DNA of 64,000 nucleotides from a virus, in the IMG/VR virus record IMGVR_UViG_3300027969_000060, positions 1-64,000 of that record. One strand, 5' to 3'. Below, piece by piece: positions 37,774-49,500 of the stretch (positions are counted from its first letter, which is position 1; each line of letters starts with the position of its first letter). Position numbers and translations under genes: made by a program. The notes below the pieces were generated by a model. That model had not been told where the DNA came from, made no database searches, and worked only from the letters and a program-made list of their open reading frames with translations.

Positions 37774-40700
37774 TTATCCTAAAAGTAAGAAGTCCATTGC
37801 TACTGGCAACCCGTTAATTCCGCCAGTGAAGTTCATTGTTGCTGTTACGTTAATCTGCACACCAGTAGTAGTACTAATACTATTACCAGCAATGTAGATA
37901 ACACCAGCCGTTAGTGTATTTACGTTCAATGCACTTGATCCGCCACCAATTTGGCTACTAATATATGATTTAATAGCTTTTTGCGTTGGAACAATGTTGT
38001 CACTGTTGGCTGTAAAATACTGGTCTGTTGAGAAACTAGTAATAGTTGCTCCAGATCCGCCTAGTGCCACAGAACCCAGTGTTAGTGAGTTCAAACCTGC
38101 TAGATTAAATGCGTCAGCATTAATACTTGCTACACCCGTTGCTTGCTGAACACTAAACAAAGTACCAACGCGGAAGTTACCGTCTTGGTCTGTACTTGTG
38201 TAGAACACGCGACCACCACCGTTACCTACTGTTTCATTAGCTGGAATAGCTGGCTGTGTCGGGGTTCCTGGATAGTTAGTAGTAGTGGTGTTACCCGTTC
38301 CAATACTTAAAAAGTCATGTCCAGTTAAACGAACTTGACTGTATTTTAATCTCAAGGTAATCAATGTACCGTGAGTAGGATTATTAGAAGCTGTTAATGC
38401 TGGACTTATTTGGAAACGAGCACTATATGGAGTTGAGCCGCCTGCCGCAGTCCATCCCTGATAACTATTTCTATCGGTACCTAAGAAGTTATTTACTGCA
38501 ACTAGTTTATAATAAGTTCCATTAAGTGCAAATTGTACATTTGATCCAGGTGTTGGTGAACTTGGTAAATTATATACGTTGACATAATATCCTGTTTGAT
38601 ATATGTCTGCGTACCCGTTACCAGTTACTGTTGCTGTAGCAGTAGCATACTGGCTACCTCTGTTTGTAAACGTTGGGCTAGCCAATGCTCCGTTACCAAT
38701 ACGAATCTGCCAAGTTGCTGCCGAAGTATAGTTAGGATCAATTAAAGTCATAGTTGGCGTTACAGCATAACCACTGCCTGGCTCTATAATTCTAACTTCA
38801 CTAATTGCACCGTTAGATACCTTAACGCGAGCTTGTGTTGTCGCGCCCATTACTACACTATTAGCGACTAATGATGTAGTACGTACAAACGCCCACTGCG
38901 GTGTTCGTGTTGGATTACCGTAGGCAAGCGCAGTCCAAGTAGCGGCTGTGCTTAGAGCTTGTTGATACCATGTATATCCATTGTCAGAAGTTACAATAGT
39001 AGCAGTTGATGTTGTTCCTGCAATAGCAACAAATAATCCAGCACCGTATCTAACTTTAGACCAGTTACTAGCTTGGATTGTTCCTTGTGCAGATTGTACC
39101 CATGTTATACCGTCTTTACTGTATGCAGAAATTGTGCTACCTGATGCAACTGCAACAAATGTGCCATCGCCAAATGCAACACTAGACCAAGTTGCTGATG
39201 TTGGTAGTGAACGAGTGGTCCATGATAGTCCATCTGAACTTGAAGCAGCCTGTGTGCCGCCGCTGGCAATTGCTACATAAACGCCGTTACCATAAGCAAC
39301 GCCGGTCCATGTTGTATTTGCAGGCAATGCCGCAGTATTTGACCAACTTGTACCGTTAGTACTATAGGCCGCTGTTGCTGTTCCACTAGCAACCGCCATA
39401 AACTGTCCGTTACCGTAGGTAATTGCTGACCAGTTAGCGTTTGTAAGAAGTCCGCCAGTTGTCCATGCTACTGTTGGGTCGGTTGTGTTTGCTGTAGCTG
39501 TACCATTAGATACTGCTACCCACCGTCCTGCACCATAAGCAATTGCAGTCCATGATGCACTTGCAATGGCTCCGCCTGCTATAAATGTGGTTCCATTAGC
39601 ACTAATTTGTGTGCCTGTGCCACTTGTCGGAATTGCAACAAAGTATCCACCAGATCCTACGCCATCATATGTAAAGTTTTGGATAGCTCCTGCAGGTGAA
39701 CTAACATTATTAACTGTAAGTACAACATTATTTGCACTTGTTCCGCCTAGGTTAGTACCTAAGATTGTTAATGTGTCACCTACAGTATATCCTGTTCCTG
39801 CACCACTTACTGATACAGTATAAGCAAGTCCAGATTTTACTACGTTAAATGTAGCACTAGATCCTGTGCCGCCACTAACAGTAATACTGCTGAAGGTAGT
39901 AATCCAATCGCCGTAGGCCATATCGGCCCATGTGCCACTTGTTGAAGTAGTAGCAGTAGCAGTATATGTTGGACTGGTAAATACCACTCTTGGTTCAATG
40001 ATATATGCTGTGGTTAAATCTAATGAAGATGAAATGGTTGTACCTGGTACTATATGATCCCATCCCGGTTGATGAATTAACACACTTTGGCCTGTTGTAG
40101 CCGACACTGTTTGAGCAGTTGTTGAACTTGATAGTGTACCTACGCTGATAGTTGTGCCGCCAGGAATAACGCCTATAGCATAATATGTTGTAAATGCTAA
40201 TAACCCGCCAATTGCCGAGCTTAATATAACTGGCATAGTATTGTACGCAGGAGTTGCTCTAGACAAGGTTAGCGTATTTTGTGTACCAGTAGTTGCACCA
40301 CTAGTTGTTTGGCTAATACTAACTTGCCAAGTACTTGCAGTTGTTCCTGTACCTGTTAAGTTAGCAACAATATATGTACCAGCTGTGGTTGTTCCACCTG
40401 TAACAAACATACCTGGAACAATTGTTCCTACGCTGACAGCAGATACTGTTAATGTTGTGCCACTAATTCCCGAACTTACAAATGTCGTAGACGATGTTGT
40501 TGTCGCTGTTACAGTAGTGTAAGGGAAGCTTTCTTTGGCAACTGAGCCAAACTTAGTACCTGAGTTATAATTTATAAAGTAACCTTGTTGGCCAACACCT
40601 GAACCACCAGTGACCATTACTCGCATACCAACATAGGCTGCACTAATTGCCGAATCAGTTGCTGCCAGTGTAATTCCTAGCGCCGTTCCGCCCTGTGCCA

Positions 40701-43700
40701 CGTTAGTAATAGATGCATAATTAGCACCGTTACTTAACAATCTTCCTTCAAATACTGCGCCGTCACGGAATTCATCACCTACTGCTGTGGCTCCAAAACC
40801 TGTTCCACCAATATTTCCCACATAACTAGCAGTTGAATAATTTGTTCCTGCATTAGTAAACTCAAGTCGATAGATTTGATTAACGCTGTCAGTTAATGCA
40901 AGACCAATTTGTGCATGTGTGTAACGATTGTTTACCGATGCATAAATTGGAGTTTCGTAAGTATCAACACCTTCAGCTAACGAACCATATGTGCCATATG
41001 AGTTATTACCGTTAGTAGCTCGCATTTTGCCGCCAAGCTCTGCTAAGTAGCCTGCATATGAATAGTAGGCAAACACAGAAACAAGTTCTGTTAATGCATT
41101 TGAACCAGTACACCATACTCCAATACCATCGCTGATAATAGTAGTATAGTCGTTAGCAACAATAGATTTATTTCCGCCTGCATGTAGTGATGAATCAATT
41201 TTCATTCCTATACAACCAGTACCAAATAATGTTAAGTTTTGAGTATAGGGTGAGCGAGTTGAAATCCAAGCATTATAATCTGTTGGGCCATATCCTGGAT
41301 CTAAGCTAGAATAGGCACCTGCTGTTGGTCTACGGGTTCCATATATATTAGGTGCGCCTATAGTACCGGTTAATCCGGTAACTGTCATGTTACGTAACCC
41401 CGTTGAATTACGTAGATAGAACATGTCAGACTGAATAGAGCCGCTAACTGCATTTTTATAGCTAACAATAGATCGTAAAGACTTATAATTACCAAGATAA
41501 TTTATGTCATATATCCAGCCGTTGACATATTCTGTCATATCGCGTTGGCATGCTGCCTGACTAAACTGGTATCGAACAGTCATTGATCCTGATCCGTTAT
41601 TAATAATTAACGGACTTGTGCCGACCGATGTGCTAGCTACAGTAAATTCTGTTCCCGACGGCACTGTTAATACATAGTAAGTACTGCCTAATATTACACC
41701 TCCGAGCAACGAACCGCCTGTAAATGTTACAGGATCACCTATAGTGAAATTGTGTGCAGAACTTGTTGTAAATCTGCCGGTTGATTGAGTTGTAGTTGTT
41801 ACTGTGCCGCCGTAACTTTGAGTTACCCAAGCCGTTGCTTCGTTAGCTAAGAATGCTGTATTAGCTCTTAAAATTTCAACACCCTTAATAGTACTTAACA
41901 CATTATTATATGTGTTTGTACCAGCGTATTCAAATCCACCACCTGCGGTAGCAGTTAATAAACTAGAAGTATTTGTTAAAGTAATTGGAGTTGCACTGCC
42001 AAAGGTCGATGTTACTTGAATTGTAGTTGCGTCAACAATAGAAATAATCCAATAAGTCTGATTAACACTGATGCCGCCTGTTGAGCCGTTAAACACAATT
42101 GGCATTCCTACCACCATACCTGCAGTCGATCCAACTGTAATATTTCCACCAACAGCGGTAGCTGAAGCAGTTGTTGTTATAGTACCAGCAATTGATAGAA
42201 TCATATCGTCAATAATTGTACCGATCTGTGTGGCACTGCCGTAGGCTGCAATTTGTCTAGCTTTTTGTGCAATAAAATTAACAGCACCAATTTCTGCTGT
42301 TAACTGATTATTAATAACATACTGAGCACTAGTTGTTGCTCTGTAATATGCCATACCGGCTTTAACAGAGTTAAAGTTTGTACCAAACACTAGGTCGTAA
42401 CTTAATGCGTCAACAATATATCCTGTATCTCGTGAACACGTTGCCGAGTTAAAGTTCATTGATTGATAGAACTTCTGGACCCATGCTACTGTATCAGCTT
42501 GAATTTCTGATCGTGCCGCTTGCAATGCATTGTATCCGTTTTGTAATGCGGTTGAAGACAACGCAATGGCCGCTGTTGGTGCGACAGTTGCAGGTGCTGT
42601 ACCATTAGTAATCCAGTCAATTATATCTTGGATACGAGCTTGTGCAAATGTTGCCGCACCTGCTGAACCTGCTGTGCCAGCTGTGGTTTGTGTTGGGTTA
42701 GCACCACTTACTGCAACCGGGCTTCCGCTCGAACCAACTGTTTGGCTGGCACTAACTGTCCATGTTGAACCGGAACCAGCGCCGCCAGCAATGTAACCAG
42801 TAATATAAGTACCGGCTGTAGATCCAACCATAGTTAGAACATGTCCAACCATGATAGTTCCAGTAACTGCTGAACTGATAGTTAATGTAGTTCCACTGAT
42901 GTAACCAGTTGTACTAAATGTAGTGTTAGGACTGTTAACTGTAGGTGTAGTCTTTAAAACAATGTTTGAAATCATTGTTTTTAAAGTTGTGTATGCGGCT
43001 AATGTTGCTGTCTTTTCTGTTGACGCAATATTTAACGCAGAACTTGTAAAATATGAACTACCAGCAATTAATGTCTGGGTATTGCCGCCATAGGTCATAT
43101 CATATTGTAATGCATCTAACAAGTAACCAATATCACGTTGGCAGGTTGCTACGTTAATTGCATTGTATACTGATAGATAATTGTTAAACAAATACTGGCT
43201 GATATAAGTTTTAATATATTGATAGTTTTGAACAACCTGTGCCTTACCATCACCGTATCCTGTTAAGAATCCAACGTTATATCCTGTTGGATTTGTAAAT
43301 GTAAATGCTGGCGCCGCTGTGATTGTATTTTGTAAAATATTTCTAATAGTTGCGCCGTTAGTTAATACTGACGAAACTGCCGCAGTACTACCAACATCAC
43401 CCACGGGCAATGTAGTAACTTGAGCGGTTGTGTTTCCTGTAGTAGGAGTAACTGTACCGTTAGCAACAAGCGTTGGAATGATCGCTTTCATGCGAGTCAA
43501 TACTGAAATCGTTTTTGGTTTGTCGTTTACTAAGTTTGTAACTGCACCTGCTGGCTGTATTACACTTGAACGAAGTTCATCACCAACTACCGCAGTATTT
43601 CTTGGAACAACTATAGGTAAAATTTCTAAATATGTTCCTGTCTTAACACTAATTGTTGTTCCTGGATTAATTACAGATGGAATTGCCGATGTTGTTCCTG

Positions 43701-46458
43701 CGCTTAGTCCTGTTGTAATAATTGACACTAAGGTTGTCAGTGTAGTCGTAGTACCTGACTCAGAAGTTAGGCTAGTATCTATAATTTGCTCTGCTTGGTT
43801 AGCCAGTAATACTCCGTTTAGTGTTTGATAATTTGCTACAGGTGCAGAATTAACTAGTACCTTATTTGAAACAGTTACTAGATAATTTAGTGCGCCAACA
43901 AACGCAGTAATATCATATGCATAAACACCGCTAATATAAGCATTACCTGCACTGGTAAAATATGCTAATGCCGCAGATGTTGTTTTAAATGTTCCGCTAT
44001 GACTTATATCAAAAATCAATGCATCAAGAATAATACCTGCATCGCGTTCTGTCTTAGATGAACTATACACATACGAACCAGTCATTGAGCCTGAACCAGC
44101 AGTTAATGTTCTACGAGTTACATCTGCATAATTATTTTTAATACCAAATGTTGTAGTGTTAGGAATATCAAATATGTAGTAGGTTACGCCGGCAGTTACA
44201 CCGCCAGTTGTTCCCGTAAAGCTAATTGGCATGCCAACATATAAACCTGCAGTTGAATTACATGTGAATACTGTTGTTGATGCAGATGCTACTGTTGTAG
44301 TATTTGTATACTGAACAAAATTATTAACCTCTTTAGTTATAAATTGTTTATTTTTAGCTAGTAATGCGGCAGCATTGGGATTCAAATAGCCGTCCTCAAC
44401 TTGTTTTGCCGCATAGCGAACAGTTCTCCAGGGTTTATCCATAGTTAACCCTTGGCCGTTTCCAAGAACGTCAACACCGTTCAATGCAACATACACTACA
44501 TTATTAATAACACCAAAATAAGACCATGCCGGAGTATTGTTGTTTACACGTAGTACTTGTCCATCAGTGCCGATTGGTAGGCGAGTTGGGCCAGCACCGC
44601 CATAATAAATTGTATCACCTTGGGTTGTCAATATAGAAGTAATCGAACCAACTGACATTACGTTCCAGTAAGTACCTGTTGTGTCGTTATCAGGGCGGTT
44701 GCCGTTTGATCCGGTATGAGCTAATATACAAATATAAGTGTTAACACCCATCAGTACTGCATCACCTAATACATAATCAACACCAGTTTTCCATGATACT
44801 GCAACCCCAGCAACTGACACTGCGGTTATAGCCCCACTAGGTGCAGTGACTGTGATAATAATATCATTAGCTGGAGTAATACCGCCAACTTGAGTACCTA
44901 ATATTTTAATAGTGTTACTAGTTGCATATCCAGATCCTGTAGCATTGACTGTAACTGTATATTTTGTGTTAGACAACGCAACATCGAATGTTGCGCTAGT
45001 GCCTGTACCGACAATGTTTGTGCCACTTAGGCCTGTAAATGTTTGGCCCGTTGCCGCCCATTTAACACCACTATTTAAGCGTGACCAGTAGGTTAGGTTT
45101 GGTGGGGTATTGCCGGTGTGGTCAAGGATTGCTACATAGGTGTAACCGTTTAGTCTTACTACCTGGCCAACTTTATATGCAGTTGCATTTGACCAGTCGC
45201 CCTGGAAACTAAATCCAGTAGTAAATAAATCCCAATCAGAAATATAAGCAGTAGGAGTTTTATTAGTATTATTTGTTTTAGCTACGTATGCATATCCACC
45301 ATAGGATACTATGTCACCTGGTTGGTAAACTTCTGAGCTTGACCAACTATTTTCAAATTCTAATCCGCCAACAAATATAACCCAGTTTGCTTCTGCAAAT
45401 GTACCGGAAGATGTATGGTCAGTTGTACAAATCCAAAGGTCTGCTCCAAATTTTACAATATCGTTTTTGCGATAGCGAACAGCGGCACCTGTGATTGTAA
45501 TTTGTGCTCCAACACTGCCTGTTGTTTGTGAAAAGTTTACAGTATATGTTCCGGTAGTTCCTGGGAATGTACCAGTTAACAATTCAGTAATAGTAGTTCC
45601 AGAGGTTACTCCAGCACCAGATAATACTTGACCAATAGATAAATGTCCAGATGATACTGCACTAACAGTTAATGTTGTTCCAGAAATATATCCAGTAACG
45701 CTGGCGCCTGATGACCAGTAACCTAAATATTTAATACCTTTATGGAACGGATCCCATAGCCCCTGATCTGCTTCTAAACCTGATGCAAGAGTGGCGGCAG
45801 ATTGATGGCCTGTATTACATACGTAAGTGATGCCACCGTATAAAATAACATCGTTTTGTTTGTAACGTGTATTAATAGTCCACTGGCCAATCCAATCAAA
45901 TCCTTTGGCGTAAATATCCCATTTACTTAGGTCTTGTTCGAGACCATCAGAGTCAGTATTGTTAGTAGCTGAACTTGTATGCCCAGTATTACAGATATAA
46001 CTGATACCACCGTATCTAACAACGTCATCTGTTTTGTATCGAGTACCGGTAGTCCAGTCGTTCTTCCAGTCTAAACTTGCGGCAAATAAATCCCATTTAT
46101 TTTGATCTGCTTCCAAGCCCGCAGTTACTTCTGGGCTAGTACCAGATGTTGCTAGTACATTGCTTTGATGTCCGGTGTTACATAAGTAAACTCTGCCGCC
46201 AAATCGTACTAGGTCGTTAATCTTGTAATATGTATCAGTATCCCAATCGCCCTTCCAGCTTGTGCCGTCAGCAATTTGGTTCCAACGTGTCGGACCATGG
46301 TTTAGGTCGACGTAGAAATCTGCATTGGCAGTATGTCCTGCTACGCAAACAAACGTCTTACCACCGTATCTTACAACATCGTCTTTTACGTATGTTGTAG
46401 ATGCACTCCAGTTGTTTTTCCAAACAAAGCGGATTCTACCTAGTTTAAATTCAGCCAT
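37774..46458 (-). CDS. Giant virion fibre/spike protein (2894 aa): CBM-like repeats, beta-helix, four phycobiliprotein-like modules, propeller-like repeats
   Basis: W-x4-Y-xx-D-x-V-x-YGG-xx-Y-x-C-xxx-H repeats; VYVA-x2-G-x-D...PWRTVRYA beta-helix start; xRD modules at T803, C1106, C1341 and C1637; W-x2-IAYG repeats. Confidence 0.75.
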   Translation of the reverse strand: MAEFKLGRIRFVWKNNWSASTTYVKDDVVRYGGKTFVCVAGHTANADFYVDLNHGPTRWNQIADGTSWKGDWDTDTYYKINDLVRFGGRVYLCNTGHQSNVLATSGTSPEVTAGLEADQNKWDLFAASLDWKNDWTTGTRYKTDDVVRYGGISYICNTGHTSSATNNTDSDGLEQDLSKWDIYAKGFDWIGQWTINTRYKQNDVILYGGITYVCNTGHQSAATLASGLEADQGLWDPFHKGIKYLGYWSSGASVTGYISGTTLTVSAVSSGHLSIGQVLSGAGVTSGTTITELLTGTFPGTTGTYTVNFSQTTGSVGAQITITGAAVRYRKNDIVKFGADLWICTTDHTSSGTFAEANWVIFVGGLEFENSWSSSEVYQPGDIVSYGGYAYVAKTNNTNKTPTAYISDWDLFTTGFSFQGDWSNATAYKVGQVVRLNGYTYVAILDHTGNTPPNLTYWSRLNSGVKWAATGQTFTGLSGTNIVGTGTSATFDVALSNTKYTVTVNATGSGYATSNTIKILGTQVGGITPANDIIITVTAPSGAITAVSVAGVAVSWKTGVDYVLGDAVLMGVNTYICILAHTGSNGNRPDNDTTGTYWNVMSVGSITSILTTQGDTIYYGGAGPTRLPIGTDGQVLRVNNNTPAWSYFGVINNVVYVALNGVDVLGNGQGLTMDKPWRTVRYAAKQVEDGYLNPNAAALLAKNKQFITKEVNNFVQYTNTTTVASASTTVFTCNSTAGLYVGMPISFTGTTGGVTAGVTYYIFDIPNTTTFGIKNNYADVTRRTLTAGSGSMTGSYVYSSSKTERDAGIILDALIFDISHSGTFKTTSAALAYFTSAGNAYISGVYAYDITAFVGALNYLVTVSNKVLVNSAPVANYQTLNGVLLANQAEQIIDTSLTSESGTTTTLTTLVSIITTGLSAGTTSAIPSVINPGTTISVKTGTYLEILPIVVPRNTAVVGDELRSSVIQPAGAVTNLVNDKPKTISVLTRMKAIIPTLVANGTVTPTTGNTTAQVTTLPVGDVGSTAAVSSVLTNGATIRNILQNTITAAPAFTFTNPTGYNVGFLTGYGDGKAQVVQNYQYIKTYISQYLFNNYLSVYNAINVATCQRDIGYLLDALQYDMTYGGNTQTLIAGSSYFTSSALNIASTEKTATLAAYTTLKTMISNIVLKTTPTVNSPNTTFSTTGYISGTTLTISSAVTGTIMVGHVLTMVGSTAGTYITGYIAGGAGSGSTWTVSASQTVGSSGSPVAVSGANPTQTTAGTAGSAGAATFAQARIQDIIDWITNGTAPATVAPTAAIALSSTALQNGYNALQAARSEIQADTVAWVQKFYQSMNFNSATCSRDTGYIVDALSYDLVFGTNFNSVKAGMAYYRATTSAQYVINNQLTAEIGAVNFIAQKARQIAAYGSATQIGTIIDDMILSIAGTITTTASATAVGGNITVGSTAGMVVGMPIVFNGSTGGISVNQTYWIISIVDATTIQVTSTFGSATPITLTNTSSLLTATAGGGFEYAGTNTYNNVLSTIKGVEILRANTAFLANEATAWVTQSYGGTVTTTTQSTGRFTTSSAHNFTIGDPVTFTGGSLLGGVILGSTYYVLTVPSGTEFTVASTSVGTSPLIINNGSGSMTVRYQFSQAACQRDMTEYVNGWIYDINYLGNYKSLRSIVSYKNAVSGSIQSDMFYLRNSTGLRNMTVTGLTGTIGAPNIYGTRRPTAGAYSSLDPGYGPTDYNAWISTRSPYTQNLTLFGTGCIGMKIDSSLHAGGNKSIVANDYTTIISDGIGVWCTGSNALTELVSVFAYYSYAGYLAELGGKMRATNGNNSYGTYGSLAEGVDTYETPIYASVNNRYTHAQIGLALTDSVNQIYRLEFTNAGTNYSTASYVGNIGGTGFGATAVGDEFRDGAVFEGRLLSNGANYASITNVAQGGTALGITLAATDSAISAAYVGMRVMVTGGSGVGQQGYFINYNSGTKFGSVAKESFPYTTVTATTTSSTTFVSSGISGTTLTVSAVSVGTIVPGMFVTGGTTTAGTYIVANLTGTGTTASTWQVSISQTTSGATTGTQNTLTLSRATPAYNTMPVILSSAIGGLLAFTTYYAIGVIPGGTTISVGTLSSSTTAQTVSATTGQSVLIHQPGWDHIVPGTTISSSLDLTTAYIIEPRVVFTSPTYTATATTSTSGTWADMAYGDWITTFSSITVSGGTGSSATFNVVKSGLAYTVSVSGAGTGYTVGDTLTILGTNLGGTSANNVVLTVNNVSSPAGAIQNFTYDGVGSGGYFVAIPTSGTGTQISANGTTFIAGGAIASASWTAIAYGAGRWVAVSNGTATANTTDPTVAWTTGGLLTNANWSAITYGNGQFMAVASGTATAAYSTNGTSWSNTAALPANTTWTGVAYGNGVYVAIASGGTQAASSSDGLSWTTRSLPTSATWSSVAFGDGTFVAVASGSTISAYSKDGITWVQSAQGTIQASNWSKVRYGAGLFVAIAGTTSTATIVTSDNGYTWYQQALSTAATWTALAYGNPTRTPQWAFVRTTSLVANSVVMGATTQARVKVSNGAISEVRIIEPGSGYAVTPTMTLIDPNYTSAATWQIRIGNGALASPTFTNRGSQYATATATVTGNGYADIYQTGYYVNVYNLPSSPTPGSNVQFALNGTYYKLVAVNNFLGTDRNSYQGWTAAGGSTPYSARFQISPALTASNNPTHGTLITLRLKYSQVRLTGHDFLSIGTGNTTTTNYPGTPTQPAIPANETVGNGGGRVFYTSTDQDGNFRVGTLFSVQQATGVASINADAFNLAGLNSLTLGSVALGGSGATITSFSTDQYFTANSDNIVPTQKAIKSYISSQIGGGSSALNVNTLTAGVIYIAGNSISTTTGVQINVTATMNFTGGINGLPVAMDFLLLG

Positions 46459-46512
46459 TCAATGCTCCGATTTTCATTATATTGTATTTATTCATTTGTT
46501 AATATTGCTTTT

Positions 46513-49500
46513 TTACTTTCCTGCATCGCTGCCGCCAACGGAAAATCCGTGTGCAAAGAAGCTTTTAGCTAACATAGTTCCGTTAATACCTTTTGTCATT
46601 CTCATAGAGTTTCTAACAAATAGTTGTTGCTGGGTTGACGAGTAAATCCTATTAGGACCACCAACACCAAATGTACCTGCAACAATTGCGCCTGCTTGTG
46701 CATTTGCACCACCACCTGCAATGTTTCTAGCAATATAGGCTTTGATTGCTCTCTGAGTCGGGACAATACTATCACTATTTGCTGTAAAATAACTATCAGT
46801 ACTAAACTGTGTAATTACTACAGAGTTTGTTCCTAACTGGAATCCGCCAAGTGACAGTGTTTGTAGACCTGTTAAACTCAACTGATCTGCTGAAATTGTA
46901 ACAATACCAGATGCTTGTTGTACCGCAAACAAGTTACCAACTTTAAAGTTGCCGTCTTGGTCTGTTGAAGTTTGGAATACTCGTCCTCCGTTATTTTCAG
47001 CAATTTGCTGGTATGGAAGTGCTGTATTAACATCAACATTTGGATAATTCGTCGTTTCTTTATTTCCAGTACCAATTAACAAGAAGTCATGTCCTGTAAT
47101 ACGGCACTGGCTATATTTTTGTCGAATATTGATACTTGTATTATGCTCAGGTGCTAATAAAATAGTCAACGGAGGACTTATTTGGAATTGCGCTTTATTT
47201 GCACCTAAGTCGGTAATAAGAACAATTCGATACTGATTAGGGTTACCGTTGATTGTTAAAGCGGCGCCTGGAGTTGGTAAAAATCCTAAGTTAGAAACTG
47301 TTAAGAATTTGCTAGGTTGATATATATCAGCATAGCCGTCTCCTGATTGAACTGTTATAACTGTTGTCGATGTCCTGTATCCTGTACCTCGATTAACAAA
47401 AGTTGGATTTCCCAAGACCTTGTTACCTATTCGCGCTAGTGTTGTAACAAATGATGTTGGATTAGGATCAGTAACCCCTAGTGTAGCTGAAATATATCCA
47501 CTGCCGGGCTCTAACAGTTTAATAGCACTAATTTTATTAGAAGCTACAGTAGCTCGACCAAACGCCTGAGCTCCGCATGCCACGGCTAATCCGCTAGCCG
47601 ACGAAGATACTACGGAAAATAGTGGAGTTGAGTTAGTATTACCAAATGCAACGCTTGCCCACGATCCAGACGATGATAAGGTACGTTGAGTCCATACAAT
47701 ACCGTCAGGACTAGATAGCGCGGTCGAAGTCCCGTTGCCGACTACTATAAAAGTTCCTTGGCCGTATGTAATTTGTTGCCAGGATGCTGTTACAGGCATT
47801 GTGCTAGCTGTCCAAAGTTTGCCATCGAATGAGTATGCGGCTGCACTTCCTCCAGTGGAAATTGCAACAAATCTACCATTTCCCCATATAACAGAAATCC
47901 AGTTTGACGAAGTTGGTAGCTGAACGTTAGTCTGCGTTATGCCGCCGTCTGTAGAATATGTTGTAAGCCACGTTGTTCCGTTGTCTAATGAGTATGTGGC
48001 AATATTACTACTTCCTGCAATAGCAACCCACACACCAATGTTACTGTATGCAATAGATTTCCAACTAGCAGTAGTAGGTAATGTTACTGCGCTCCATGTT
48101 GATCCATTAATAGAGCTTGAAGCAACTGCACTACTTGTAGTTTGTAAAGCAATATAATTATTATTACCCCATGCAATATCAGCGTGGCCGCCACCTAATG
48201 TAGTGTTACCCGAAGTCCAAGATGTACCATCAATAGAATATGCTATACTGCTACTATTAGAAGTTATTGCATAGAAAAATCCGCCGACAAATTTTAGTTT
48301 TGCATACGTTCCGGTGGGCAAGGCAGTACCTGTAGTCCAAGCTGTTCCATTTAATGAATTTGCAGTTGCTCCTGTTGAGGTCATTGCAATATATTTTCCG
48401 TTGCCGTATGTAACTGATACCCAGCCAGTAGTAGGTAATGTTACCGCGCTTGAAGAATAGCTTGGTTGGCTAAATCTAACACATGGCTCAATTGAATATA
48501 CGCTGGTTGAATCTAATAAGGCAACCGCCGGGGTGCCGCTAACAATATTTTGCCATCCTACTGCATGTACATCCATCTTTGTTCCATAAGTTTGTGTAGT
48601 TACTGATTGAATTGTTCCGCCAAAACTTGTAGATATTGAAAACTTTGTTGCTGAATAGTTTGTTGCAATTACATAATAAATTTGTCCTGCTGTTAAGCCG
48701 CCTAACATTCCGCCAGCTACTGTGGCCATTTGTCCCGAACCGTTAGTTAATGTTTTTACTGGACCTTGATAGGTATCACTAATAGTAATTTGATTTCCTA
48801 TAATTGCATTAATAATATAATACGTTGCTCCACTTACAATTCCGCCAAATGTTGTTCCGGAAAACACAATTTGTTCTCCAATAACCATTCCTGCAGAGGA
48901 GGTTAGGGTTATTAAATTATTAGTTCCAGTAATTGTAATTGGTACTGCTTGACTACCAACTACTTGTGCTACACTAATTTGCCAAGTACTTCCGCTACCG
49001 GTTCCGGCATTATTAGCTGTGATGTATGTGCCGCTAGTTACCCCAGCCCCAGTCAAGGTCATACCAACTGCAACGGCTCCGGCACCCATTGAAACAACAT
49101 ATAATGTGTTGCCTGCAATATAAGCAGTAGTCATTGTAGCAATAGTACGAATAGTCTGGAAAGCAGTAGTATTTTGTTGAGTAGGAACAAAAACAATTGC
49201 ACTGCCGGGAGTAAATCCAGCGGTTGTTGGTACATTAATTGTATTATCTATAGCGGAGGTAGACGACGATGTTTGTTGTGTAACACTTTCATTGGCAATG
49301 GTTGCAATTTTACCAACAGCATCGTAGCCTGCAATGTATCCGTATTGTCCAACACCAGTACCAGATGTAACTATTAATCTCATACCATAGTAAGTAGCAA
49401 ACGTATTTTGATCGTTACTTGCAATGGTAATTGTTTGAGTATTTCCAGCCTGTGCTTGGTTAACTGCGGTGATATATCCTAATCCACCTGCGGCAAAATC

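Noticed and set aside
19827-46458. Genuine cpc/apc phycobilisome genes or a cyanobacterial host assignment
   Set aside because: The motifs are embedded in giant fibre-like proteins and lack the N-terminal X/Y helices. No photosynthesis, lyase or bilin-synthesis genes are in this window, so the host cannot be inferred.
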